A stretch of DNA of 64,000 nucleotides from a virus, in IMG/VR virus record IMGVR_UViG_3300025128_000015, positions 96,001 through 160,000 of that record. One strand, given 5' to 3'. The position numbers and the translations under genes were made by a program. Numbering within the stretch: the first letter of the stretch is position 1; every line of letters starts with the position of its first letter. Shown in pieces: positions 55,172 to 64,000 of the stretch. The notes beneath the pieces were generated by a model. That model made no database searches and had not been told where the DNA came from. It saw only the letters and a list, made by a program, of their open reading frames with translations.

Positions 55172-55869
55172 TTGTTATAAGCTCTACAGGAGGATCAGGA
55201 TCTAGCTTCGTCGCAGATCAATTTAAGAATTCACAATGGACAGTTTGTCTACGACCGGATGGAGGAAAACAAAAAGCAACTCATACTCCATCTCAAATTT
55301 TTCATGAAAGAATGGATCATCTTATTGGAGGTAATGCTATCTATGAGAAATCTACTCAAAAAGAAATGTTTGAAACAGCTTATGCTGGTTTAAAAAAACT
55401 AGATCATTCTAAATTGATGCTTTTGTGTATGTCGTGGGGTGGCATGGGCTTCCTTAACGAGATAGAAGAAAAGACGATCTTCCTTATTAGAGATCCAGTA
55501 TTTGCTTTTAACTCATATTCAGGCGGAGGCTGGCGCCTTGAGGGTGGACAACGAAGAATAAAGTATGTTGGCGCAACTGGTCCAAATGATAAAAAATGGA
55601 TTGATGCATGGATGGGAGACTTTTCACATTGGATTGATGGTGCGAAATATGCTTTGAAGGCACAAAAAGAAGGCAAAGGATATATTGTTAGATATCATAA
55701 CTTTAGAGAGGATTGGGCTAAGATTCCGGACGTTCCGCCAATTCATTTAAACTTTAATTCTAAAGATGCTTTTGCAAAAATTCAAGATAAAGGTTATTTA
55801 CAAATTGAAACCATTGCCTATATTAAGAGTAAAACAAGAGATGTGTGGGATGAAATTAAAGCACTCTAA
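55168..55869 (+). CDS. Sulfotransferase-like P-loop protein
   Basis: STGGSGSS and LIRDPVFAFNS. Confidence 0.5.
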   Translation: MIVISSTGGSGSSFVADQFKNSQWTVCLRPDGGKQKATHTPSQIFHERMDHLIGGNAIYEKSTQKEMFETAYAGLKKLDHSKLMLLCMSWGGMGFLNEIEEKTIFLIRDPVFAFNSYSGGGWRLEGGQRRIKYVGATGPNDKKWIDAWMGDFSHWIDGAKYALKAQKEGKGYIVRYHNFREDWAKIPDVPPIHLNFNSKDAFAKIQDKGYLQIETIAYIKSKTRDVWDEIKAL

Positions 55870-55881
55870 GAGATCAACAAC

Positions 55882-57528
55882 ATGCCTAAAAAAATTAATT
55901 TTCCAATTCACAACGGACCAAAGAAAGTCCGTGGCCGCATCAATAAGACTTTAGGCAATAATGAATTACGTGATTATCTGAGTTCAAAAAAAGAAACAGG
56001 AAAGTCTCAATTTTCTGAAATCATTCCACAACTTATTGATTATAAGAAGATCGATAATCCAAAAGTTCTCTTAATCGGTCCATGTATCACTATTCCAAAG
56101 TACATGCAAAAGAGATGCATTCCACCCCTTGGAATTAGCTATGTGGCGGCTTCTCTAGAGAAAGCGGGCATTGATGTGGATATACTCGATCTATGCGTTG
56201 AGGGGTGGTCTACGGAGCGATATAACGGCAATCTGGTTACATATGGTAAACCTCCACAAGAAATTGTTGATCAATTGAAAGAAAAACAATACGATATCGT
56301 TGGATTGTCTGTCTTATTTTCGACTGACTTGCCAAATTTATATGAAACAACACAAGTTGTCAAAGAGGCTTTACCAAATTCTTTAGTTATAGTTGGAGGA
56401 TTACATCCAACCATTTATCCAAAAGAAATAGTAGATCTAGATCTTGAATATAATAAAGAGAAAACAGTCGATTTTATTATACGTGGCGAAGGCGAGTTTA
56501 GATTTGTTGATTTTATTAATAATCTAAAAGAAGGCAAACTTGATATAAACGCTGATGGTCTTGTTGGTTTTATAGAAGACGAGTTATTTATTAATTCACA
56601 AATAGATAACATTGAAGACATTGATGAAATTCCATTCCCGGCGTTTCATATGTTACCAATGGAAAAATACTTTGAGATTAATATTCCTTTCTCACCAGTT
56701 CCACAAGGAGAAAGAGTCCTTCCAATGTTGACGACGAGAGGGTGTCCAGTCGGATGCTCTTTTTGTGCCAATACAAATACTTGGAAAAAACATAGAAAGC
56801 GATCAATTGAAAACATTATGGAAGAAGTTCGTCTTCTAAAAGAAAGATATAATATTGATGAATTGCAGTTTGCAGATGATAATTTGACTTATGATATGGT
56901 TTATGCTTCTGAAAAGTTCAAAGCTCTTAAAGAAGAAAACTTGCTTTGGTGTACACCTAATGGTACAATGATTAATAAACTATCTGAGGACATTATCGAA
57001 CTAATGGCTGCTTCTGGGATGTATCAAATTACACTGTCCTTAGATAGCGCCAACACTAGAACATTGAAAGAGCTACATCACAAACCAGTAAACTTAAACT
57101 CAATTCCAGGTCTGATTAAAAAATGCAGAGAGCTTGAAGTATTTACACACGGTACATTAGTTGTTGGTATGCCCTCGGAAACGTTAGAAGAAATATTAGA
57201 CGGATTTGAATATATTAAGAACGAATTAAGCTTTACCAGTATATCTACATTTATCGCCGCGGCCATTCCAGGATCAGAATTGTATCATGATATGCTGGAA
57301 CAAGGGAAAGTAACTAAAAAAGCAGCTAGAGAAATTGATACAACAAAGTCAAAAATCTTGCTATCTAATTTAAATCCAAAACAACTAGAAGCCGCAATAG
57401 AAAAATTTCAAACAGATTTTCTAAATATCGTTAAAAAAAGAGACCCGGAAGAGTATAATAGGAAATATAAAAAACTAATCAAATCTGGCCGTTGGGATGA
57501 GAATCAGTGTGGCGGAAAACTAACTTAA
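55882..57528 (+). CDS. Cobalamin-binding radical SAM protein
   Basis: PPLGISYVAASL, IVGGLHPT, GEGE, TTRGCPVGCSFC, FADDN. Confidence 0.92.
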   Translation: MPKKINFPIHNGPKKVRGRINKTLGNNELRDYLSSKKETGKSQFSEIIPQLIDYKKIDNPKVLLIGPCITIPKYMQKRCIPPLGISYVAASLEKAGIDVDILDLCVEGWSTERYNGNLVTYGKPPQEIVDQLKEKQYDIVGLSVLFSTDLPNLYETTQVVKEALPNSLVIVGGLHPTIYPKEIVDLDLEYNKEKTVDFIIRGEGEFRFVDFINNLKEGKLDINADGLVGFIEDELFINSQIDNIEDIDEIPFPAFHMLPMEKYFEINIPFSPVPQGERVLPMLTTRGCPVGCSFCANTNTWKKHRKRSIENIMEEVRLLKERYNIDELQFADDNLTYDMVYASEKFKALKEENLLWCTPNGTMINKLSEDIIELMAASGMYQITLSLDSANTRTLKELHHKPVNLNSIPGLIKKCRELEVFTHGTLVVGMPSETLEEILDGFEYIKNELSFTSISTFIAAAIPGSELYHDMLEQGKVTKKAAREIDTTKSKILLSNLNPKQLEAAIEKFQTDFLNIVKKRDPEEYNRKYKKLIKSGRWDENQCGGKLT

Positions 57529-57537
57529 GGAATAAAA

Positions 57538-58203
57538 ATGACAAAAGATGAAGCAGAAAGATATAAACTTGGCAAGGTGCACAAGCATTTTTGGGATCAA
57601 GTAGTACACGAGTTTTGGGATAAAACTGGAATCGATGAAGATAACGCAACAGAAGCTTTATTTAAAGTTGATGATTGTTTGAAACAAAAAGGGTTAAAAT
57701 ATTGGCTATGCTATGGAACTGCACTGGGTTTTTACAGAGACGGAAACTTTATTCCTTGGGATGATGATATTGACATTCACACAGTTGCTAGTGATTATGA
57801 AGCTGTATTTGATGAAATAAAAAAGATCTTTATTGAGAATGGTTTTATCGTCCGTGCAGTAAAAAGAGATTATTCAAGCAAGATGTCGCTTTTCTATAAA
57901 AAAATTAAAATACAAATTCAAGGTATTTACGAAACAGACGATGAGCCAGATATGATTCAAACAAAATTGTTTAAGTATCCAAAAAAGTTTTATTATGACA
58001 AGGCAGAAAAATACAATTATAAAGGAAGAGACTTTTTATTACCAGGACCTGCTAATGAATATTTAACATTCTGTTATGATGAAAGCTGGAATAAGCCGCA
58101 AAACTTGTCTGATTGGAGAGATTATATGAATATCGATCAAATAAAGGACGCTAATTGGAGAATCTCTCTTGTCAATCATAACGCTAATAAAAAGAATAAG
58201 TAA
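57538..58203 (+). CDS. LicD-family phosphotransferase
   Basis: GTALGFYRDGNFIPWDDDIDI. Confidence 0.9.
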   Translation: MTKDEAERYKLGKVHKHFWDQVVHEFWDKTGIDEDNATEALFKVDDCLKQKGLKYWLCYGTALGFYRDGNFIPWDDDIDIHTVASDYEAVFDEIKKIFIENGFIVRAVKRDYSSKMSLFYKKIKIQIQGIYETDDEPDMIQTKLFKYPKKFYYDKAEKYNYKGRDFLLPGPANEYLTFCYDESWNKPQNLSDWRDYMNIDQIKDANWRISLVNHNANKKNK

Positions 58204-58218
58204 AAGGAAAAAGAAGAA

Positions 58219-59007
58219 ATGACTAAATCTTACCAAAAAGAAGTAGACAGATTAGAGAAAAAATATGGTTTGAAGTTTGTAGCACCGACTGTAAACTTAA
58301 TATCTTATCCTAAATCCGGAAGAACTTGGCTTAGGATGATGCTAGCTAAATTTATGACACTGGGATTTCCAGATGCAAACACAGAAGAAAATGAGATATT
58401 TCCAGCTTTACACGATGATTATAAAAGCTTCAAAAAAAGATACGGAAAAGACTTTAAAGAATTAAATGTTGTTTTTTTACACCGACACCCAGGAGATGTG
58501 GCCATATCTTATTTCTTAGAGAAAAGAACTAGCATCCGCTCTGGACCAGGTTATAATGGCACTATAAGTGATTATATTCGCTCTGAGGAACATGGAATAA
58601 AAAGCATTATTGAGTATAATAACAAGTGGATGGAAAAGGGAGGAAACTTTAATCAATTTGTGAGTATCCCTTATTACATGCTTCACAAGAATCCTATCAT
58701 AAGCTTAGGCTTTATATCAAACATGCTTGGCATCAAGCCGTCGAGCGAAAAAGTTATAGAGACGCTAAAAGAAGCTATTGAATATTCTTCATATGATAAT
58801 ATGAAAAAGATAGAAGCTGGAGAAGGTGAGAACTTGCTTAAAAAATACAAAGGAAACTTTGGTGTAGGATCTGGCAGAGTCAACATGGGCAAATATAATA
58901 ACTATGCCAACCTCTTAACAGAAGAAGATACAGAATACGTCAATTCTTGTATGGAAAAATATAGTACAATAAAATACAATTATGACGAGGAAAGTGAAGA
59001 TAAATGA
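58219..59007 (+). CDS. PAPS-dependent sulfotransferase
   Basis: SYPKSGRTW (5'-PSB), RHPGDVAIS (3'-PB). Confidence 0.9.
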   Translation: MTKSYQKEVDRLEKKYGLKFVAPTVNLISYPKSGRTWLRMMLAKFMTLGFPDANTEENEIFPALHDDYKSFKKRYGKDFKELNVVFLHRHPGDVAISYFLEKRTSIRSGPGYNGTISDYIRSEEHGIKSIIEYNNKWMEKGGNFNQFVSIPYYMLHKNPIISLGFISNMLGIKPSSEKVIETLKEAIEYSSYDNMKKIEAGEGENLLKKYKGNFGVGSGRVNMGKYNNYANLLTEEDTEYVNSCMEKYSTIKYNYDEESEDK

Positions 59008-59951
59008 TTTATAGAAAAGAAGTGGACGGCTTTAATTGGATCTTGAACGTTTCTGATGGAGGTATCGGCGCCACACTCTACAATGCCAAATCACCAGGCA
59101 AAGATTATAATTTTGCCAGAGAATCTGTTTTCATGCAGCTATTAGACACCACAATTAAAGAAGGTATGACTTGTATTGATTTGGGCGCTAACATAGGCTA
59201 TGCAACGATGTTTATGCTAAGAAACGTTGGTGACCCCGGAACGGTTTATGCAATCGAGCCTGATCCTCACAACCTTCGAATGCTTAAAATTAATCTGGCC
59301 GAAAATGGTTATAATGTTAAGTGCGAGAAAACACAGTGTCTTATATCAGATAAGGACGGTAAGAACGAATTCTGGATTGCTCGACATCCAAATTTAAACA
59401 GTGTGAAGAAAACAAAACACAGTATCCGTCGTGAAATAATCGATTGTTTTACTTTAGAGACTTTCTGTTCTACAAGGAAGTATCCTAATTTTATTAAGAT
59501 GGATATTGAAGGGCACGAAGTAAGTGTCTTTGAGGGCGCTTACAATTACTTTAAAGAAAACGATGGCGAGACACATATCTTATTAGAAGTTCATCCTCAA
59601 TATTATGATGAGAACAACGACTTTGCCGCAATACTAGAAAAGTACTACGACATTGGATTTAAGATTAAATATCTTGTTTCCACACCAGTTCAATCGCCGG
59701 CACCGTTTATAAATCGAGGATACAAACCTATTACAATGGGAACTCTTTCCGATTCAGGGAAGACTTTCAATGCCGTTCGAACTGATGGGTGGATCCGCCA
59801 AATATATGAAAATGTTAAAAAGGAAGACGCTATTGAGTTAGCTTGTAAACTTCAGCCTCCTTTTTATAAAGTTCAAAGACCAGGCGCCAACTGGGAAACA
59901 AAAGGTGGAAAAGTTGTTCGAAGTATAATGGTTTCAAGGGAGAAACAATAA
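59004..59951 (+). CDS. FkbM-family methyltransferase
   Basis: IDLGANIG, IEPDP, IKMDIEGHE. Confidence 0.9.
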   Translation: MIYRKEVDGFNWILNVSDGGIGATLYNAKSPGKDYNFARESVFMQLLDTTIKEGMTCIDLGANIGYATMFMLRNVGDPGTVYAIEPDPHNLRMLKINLAENGYNVKCEKTQCLISDKDGKNEFWIARHPNLNSVKKTKHSIRREIIDCFTLETFCSTRKYPNFIKMDIEGHEVSVFEGAYNYFKENDGETHILLEVHPQYYDENNDFAAILEKYYDIGFKIKYLVSTPVQSPAPFINRGYKPITMGTLSDSGKTFNAVRTDGWIRQIYENVKKEDAIELACKLQPPFYKVQRPGANWETKGGKVVRSIMVSREKQ

Positions 59952-59952
59952 G

Positions 59953-60573
59953 ATGATAAAAGTTAATTTATATTATGGAAATGATCATGGGGGAGAAGAG
60001 GTGGAATTCGAATTTAAAGATGGTTCTGTTGCTATTGACTGTGGCGCTAACGTAGGTCAAGTAACACACTTTCTTTCAGAAGCAGGATTTGAAAAAGTAT
60101 ACTCATTTGAACCAAATCTTTATGCATTTAATATATTGCAAAAAAGATTTGCAGATAACCCCAAAGTTGAATGCATGCCAAAAGCGGTCACGAACTCTTC
60201 AAAATCAGGACCAGGAAAATTATATTTTCACAAAAAAGCAAATCAAGATCAGGTAAAATATTCTACAGGAAGTTCGACTGCTTCTGACAAACACAATGTT
60301 GATGAAAATAATTTTATGGTTGTAGAGATGGTGGGCATTGGTGATTTTATTAAAAGTTTAGATAGACCAGTAGGAATGTTAAAAATTGATGTTGAAGGTA
60401 CTGAAGCAGATATTTTAAATGATTTATTTGACTCTGGGCTTGTTAATGAGATCGGTCAAATATTTGTTGAAACTCATGAAAGAAAAGTACCTTCATCACA
60501 AAACGATATGAAATTGATAAGAGAGAGAATAGAGAAAGAAGGAATTAAAAATATCCATCTAGAATGGGAATAA
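59953..60573 (+). CDS. FkbM-family methyltransferase
   Basis: IDCGANVG, FEPN, LKIDVEGTE. Confidence 0.9.
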   Translation: MIKVNLYYGNDHGGEEVEFEFKDGSVAIDCGANVGQVTHFLSEAGFEKVYSFEPNLYAFNILQKRFADNPKVECMPKAVTNSSKSGPGKLYFHKKANQDQVKYSTGSSTASDKHNVDENNFMVVEMVGIGDFIKSLDRPVGMLKIDVEGTEADILNDLFDSGLVNEIGQIFVETHERKVPSSQNDMKLIRERIEKEGIKNIHLEWE

Positions 60574-60576
60574 AAT

Positions 60577-61308
60577 ATGATCAACACAAGGAAAAGAAAT
60601 ATAGCAAAAGCATCCAGTTGGAAAACTTTAGGATTCATCACTCTTTCAGTATTAACGTATTTGATAACTGGCTCTCTAAAACAAATGACATATATTGCAA
60701 TACTATATCATCTTAGTATGTTGGTTGCTTATATATTTCACGAGCGTCTTTGGGATAAGATAAGATGGGGAAAAACTAAAGGACTGGCCATACAATTGAC
60801 AGGTATGTCTGGAGCCGGAAAAAGCACTCTAACAAAGCTAGTATCTCAACGCCTGAAGAAAAGAGGGTTGTTAGTTGAACTAATTGACGGAGATGAATAC
60901 AGAGCAAACTTATGCAATGATCTTGGCTTCTCAAAAGAAGACAGAAACACCAATATTCGTCGTTTGGGGTTCGTAAGCAAAGTATTGTCGAGAAATAATG
61001 TGATCACAATTATAGCTGCAATTAATCCTTATGAAGAAATTAGGAAAGAATTGATTGCAAAAGATAAGAATCTTAAGACAGTTTACATAAAATGCGATGT
61101 TGAACAATTAATCGAAAGAGATGTAAAGGGACTTTATAAGAAAGCTTTGCTTCCAGATGGACATCCAGATAAGGTTTATAACTTTACTGGTATATCAGAT
61201 CCATTTGAAGAGCCTACAAATCCGGATTTAGTTATAAATACTGCTGAACAAACAGTAGAGAAATCTGTTAAAGTACTAGAACAATATATTTTAAGAGAGA
61301 TTTCATGA
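60577..61308 (+). CDS. cysC: Adenylylsulfate kinase with an N-terminal two-TM (DUF2061-like) domain
   Basis: AKASSWK...HERLW membrane domain; TGMSGAGKST, DGD, RDVKGLY, FTGISDPFEEP. Confidence 0.9.
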   Translation: MINTRKRNIAKASSWKTLGFITLSVLTYLITGSLKQMTYIAILYHLSMLVAYIFHERLWDKIRWGKTKGLAIQLTGMSGAGKSTLTKLVSQRLKKRGLLVELIDGDEYRANLCNDLGFSKEDRNTNIRRLGFVSKVLSRNNVITIIAAINPYEEIRKELIAKDKNLKTVYIKCDVEQLIERDVKGLYKKALLPDGHPDKVYNFTGISDPFEEPTNPDLVINTAEQTVEKSVKVLEQYILREIS

Positions 61309-61688
61309 AAGAAGTAGATAATCATTATAAAGCGGCCACATTGGCGATTGATTTTGACGGTGTGGTACACAAATATTCCAAAGGATTTCAAGGTTTACAG
61401 GACGCCTACGACGTTCCAAACGAAGGTACAAGGGAAGCCTTGGAAGAGCTTATAAAACGCGGTTTTAGGCTTATTATTGTGTCTTCTAGACCTGTTCCTG
61501 TCATTAATGAGTGGTTAAAAAAGTATGATATGGCTAAATATTTCGAAGAAGTGACGAATATTAAACGTCCAGCTAGCTTTTATATCGATGATCACGCTCT
61601 ATATTTTAATAAAAATCTTGAAAATCCTTGGCAAAAGGTCTTAGATGTGGTAAAAACGCCAAAGAAAAAGGAAGAAAAGAATGGCTAG
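61305..61688 (+). CDS. HAD-superfamily phosphatase-like protein
   Basis: IDFDGV and YIDD. Confidence 0.75.
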   Translation: MKEVDNHYKAATLAIDFDGVVHKYSKGFQGLQDAYDVPNEGTREALEELIKRGFRLIIVSSRPVPVINEWLKKYDMAKYFEEVTNIKRPASFYIDDHALYFNKNLENPWQKVLDVVKTPKKKEEKNG

Positions 61689-62574
61689 ATGCTTAGTAAC
61701 CGGCCATAAGGGCTATATTGGCGCCCATTTGGTGAAAAAATTAGAAGAATTAGGACACGAAGTTTTAGGTATCGACCTTCAAGGTGAAAATGGTAAGGAT
61801 ATCAACAGCTTACAAGGTTTAATAGAAGATGAAACCGGCAAATTTCACCCTCATTATTGGAATTTTAAGCCAGAATATGTATTTCATATGGCATGTTTTC
61901 CAAGAGTTGCGTACAGTGTTGAAAATCCAGTATTAACAATGAAGAACAACGTTATGGTTGGTGCACATGTACTTAATTTTGCCAGAAAAGTTGGTGCTAA
62001 AAGAGTTATTTATTCTAGTTCATCATCAATCTCTGGTAATGGACGAGGACCGGAAAGTCCTTATGCTCTTCAAAAGATGGTTACAGAGCTAGAATGTAAG
62101 CTATACAATCAATTGTATGGGCTTGATACTGTTTCACTAAGATATTTTAACGTATACTCAGAAGATCAAGAAACTAACGGCTCGTATGGCACAGCAATTG
62201 CCAATTGGATGCAAGCCATACGAGATAATACAGTGCCTTATATTACAGGAGATGGTGAGCAAAGAAGAGATATGGTTCACGTAGATGATGTGGTGTCTGC
62301 AAATATTTTTGCAATGAATTTTGATAGTTATAATTTCTGTGGAGAGATTTACGATATCGGCACCGGTCAAAATATTTCTTTGAATGAAATTAAAAATATT
62401 GTTAATAAACACCACCCAAAAATTACATTTGATTATGTTGAGCCAAGACCTGGAGACGTTGCTAGAACAAAGGCAGGCATTCGCAAACTAAAAAACATTG
62501 GTTGGTCTGCAGCCATATCTATTGAAGATGGTATTGATAGTTGTTTTAAGGAGCTTAAGAATGAATTATCCTAG
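61681..62574 (+). CDS. NAD-dependent epimerase/dehydratase
   Basis: TGHKGYIG, SSS, YALQK, LRYFNVY, GDGEQRRD. Confidence 0.92.
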   Translation: MARCLVTGHKGYIGAHLVKKLEELGHEVLGIDLQGENGKDINSLQGLIEDETGKFHPHYWNFKPEYVFHMACFPRVAYSVENPVLTMKNNVMVGAHVLNFARKVGAKRVIYSSSSSISGNGRGPESPYALQKMVTELECKLYNQLYGLDTVSLRYFNVYSEDQETNGSYGTAIANWMQAIRDNTVPYITGDGEQRRDMVHVDDVVSANIFAMNFDSYNFCGEIYDIGTGQNISLNEIKNIVNKHHPKITFDYVEPRPGDVARTKAGIRKLKNIGWSAAISIEDGIDSCFKELKNELS

Positions 62575-63421
62575 CTATGGCACAGATAATATAGGAATAA
62601 TCGGCCAAGGATTTGTTGGCACCGCTCTACGTGAGGGTCTCAAAAATACATTTGCTGTTGAAACATATGATAGATTTGTAAAAGAAAAATCAACTTGCGA
62701 ATCTTTAGAAGAATTATGTGATAAAACTTTTATCTTATTTTTGTGCCTTCCAACACCTATGAGAAAAGATGGTTCGTGTGATCTATCAATTTTAGAAGGT
62801 GTGGTAGAACAAGTAAATTCAATCTCAACAGGAGATCATATTCTTGTCGTTAAATCCACAGTTCCGCCAGGGACAACTAAAAGCTTTAATGATAAGTACA
62901 AGAATGTAAAAGTTGTGTTCTCACCAGAATTTCTAACAGAAGCAAACAGTATTGATGATTTCAAGAATCAAACTAGAATCATTGTAGGCGGACCTCGCCC
63001 TGCTTCGACGATTGTTAAGAACATGTTTAGAATCGCATTTCCAAAAATACCTATTATTAAAACTGGATCAAACACTGCTGAAATGGTTAAGTATTTTACG
63101 AATTGCGTCTTGGCAACAAAGGTTAGCTTTGCGAATGAAATGAAACAAATTTGTGACAAAGCAGATATTGATTATGATAAAGTTGTTGAGTACGCTCTTT
63201 ATGATGAGAGAGTTGGGAGAACCCATCTTTCATCGCCGGGACCCGATGGACGTTTGGGTTTCGGCGGCTCATGCTTTCCGAAAGATATTAACGCACTGAT
63301 TCATTTTGCCAATGAGGCAGGCGTAGCACCACTAGTATTAGATGCCGTGTGGAAGAAGAATTTAGAAGTCCGACCAGAAAAAGATTGGGAAAATCTTAAA
63401 GGTCGAGCTGTAAGTGAATAA
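62561..63421 (+). CDS. ugd: UDP-glucose/GDP-mannose dehydrogenase family, lacking the C-terminal domain (start revised to 62561)
   Basis: GQGFVG, KSTVPPGT, SPEFL, FGGSCFPKD; SD AAGGAG. Confidence 0.85.
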   Translation: MNYPSYGTDNIGIIGQGFVGTALREGLKNTFAVETYDRFVKEKSTCESLEELCDKTFILFLCLPTPMRKDGSCDLSILEGVVEQVNSISTGDHILVVKSTVPPGTTKSFNDKYKNVKVVFSPEFLTEANSIDDFKNQTRIIVGGPRPASTIVKNMFRIAFPKIPIIKTGSNTAEMVKYFTNCVLATKVSFANEMKQICDKADIDYDKVVEYALYDERVGRTHLSSPGPDGRLGFGGSCFPKDINALIHFANEAGVAPLVLDAVWKKNLEVRPEKDWENLKGRAVSE

Positions 63422-63433
63422 AAGGAGAATATA

Positions 63434-63655
63434 ATGACTATAACAAATTTTCAAGAAATGAAATTATCCAATCATGCTGTTGGCACCTTGATGATGTGTC
63501 TGCAAAAATGTTTATTGGAACAAAGCGATATCACCAATATTTTAGGTGATTTAATATTCCTAGAAAAAGATGGTGAGCTTGTTTGCAAAAATCCGCCACT
63601 AGTAAAATTTGAGCAAAATACAGTCGAAGATGACTACGACGATAACGAGTTTTAA
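63434..63655 (+). CDS. Hypothetical protein
   Basis: SD AAGGAG. Confidence 0.7.
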   Translation: MTITNFQEMKLSNHAVGTLMMCLQKCLLEQSDITNILGDLIFLEKDGELVCKNPPLVKFEQNTVEDDYDDNEF

Positions 63656-63658
63656 AAT

Positions 63659-63928
63659 ATGCCTCGTTATACATATGAATGCGAGACATGCAAAGAAGTA
63701 TTTGATTTAGTTCATTCAATGAGTCACAAGCCCGAACAGCGCGATGAATGCAAAGATGAATGTGAGTTAAATAAAGTGCCGGCCAAGTTAACAATTTTAA
63801 ATTCTAAGTCTGACGAAGCCGGCAATAAAGTTGGAACTGTTGTTAAAGACTCGATTGAAGAGTTTCGACAGGACTTAAAGAAAGAAAAGAAGCGCTTAAA
63901 GAGCGCAATGTATAAGGAAAATGATTAG
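63659..63928 (+). CDS. FmdB-family zinc-ribbon protein
   Basis: MPRYTYECETC...C. Confidence 0.75.
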   Translation: MPRYTYECETCKEVFDLVHSMSHKPEQRDECKDECELNKVPAKLTILNSKSDEAGNKVGTVVKDSIEEFRQDLKKEKKRLKSAMYKEND

Positions 63929-64000
63929 ATATTTATTAATAGCATCAGCACTTTTTAATTGTGTATTGATAATGACACTTACCGGTATAATACCATTTTT

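Noticed and set aside
1-64000. Most short minus-strand and nested ORFs in the track (e.g. 2767..3363, 12953..13429, 19171..19593, 20918..21355, 32693..33055)
   Set aside because: Antisense shadows of well-supported genes, with S/F/L-rich composition and no SD
1-64000. Eukaryotic giant virus or cellular chromosome origin; tRNA or rRNA genes
   Set aside because: SD-led operons, sigma factor and tmRNA argue against a giant virus, and no housekeeping operons argue against a chromosome; the only T-arm/CCA structure I found belongs to the tmRNA

Overview
This 64-kb window is best read as part of a large lytic-type dsDNA phage genome (bacterial Shine-Dalgarno sites, standard code, phage-style PIN-PhoH, MoxR/VWA pair, a sigma factor, a tmRNA, no housekeeping operons). 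A CglF/GltF-like gliding protein, a DNDCDG-repeat vWA lipoprotein and a sigma54 promoter point, by inference, to a Myxococcota-like deltaproteobacterial host. There are four zones. (1) 1-10.9 kb is GC-richer and holds small genes driven by 11 copies of a CTTG-N17-CYTAYNT promoter; it includes a tandem array of MKVGD microgenes joined by a 14-nt start/stop overlap and ends in an RpoH-like sigma gene with a complete sigma54 promoter (3 palindromic UAS, IHF-like site, -24/-12). (2) 10.9-11.8 kb is a palindrome-rich transition. (3) 11.8-46.5 kb is AT-rich, with genes preceded by a CTAnTTAy motif; many proteins carry amphipathic (L/I)xE-ending tags resembling capsid-targeting/cleavage signals, including a 1645-aa apparent polyprotein with DNA-level linker repeats. 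It also holds envelope proteins, nucleotidyltransferases, and a tmRNA locus with Smr-like, RNase H-like and an unannotated 12-Cys micropeptide. (4) 46.6-64 kb holds PhoH, a Cas4-like nuclease and a 13-kb glycan synthesis/sulfation/methylation cluster. All family assignments come from motifs read by eye; no database search was run.
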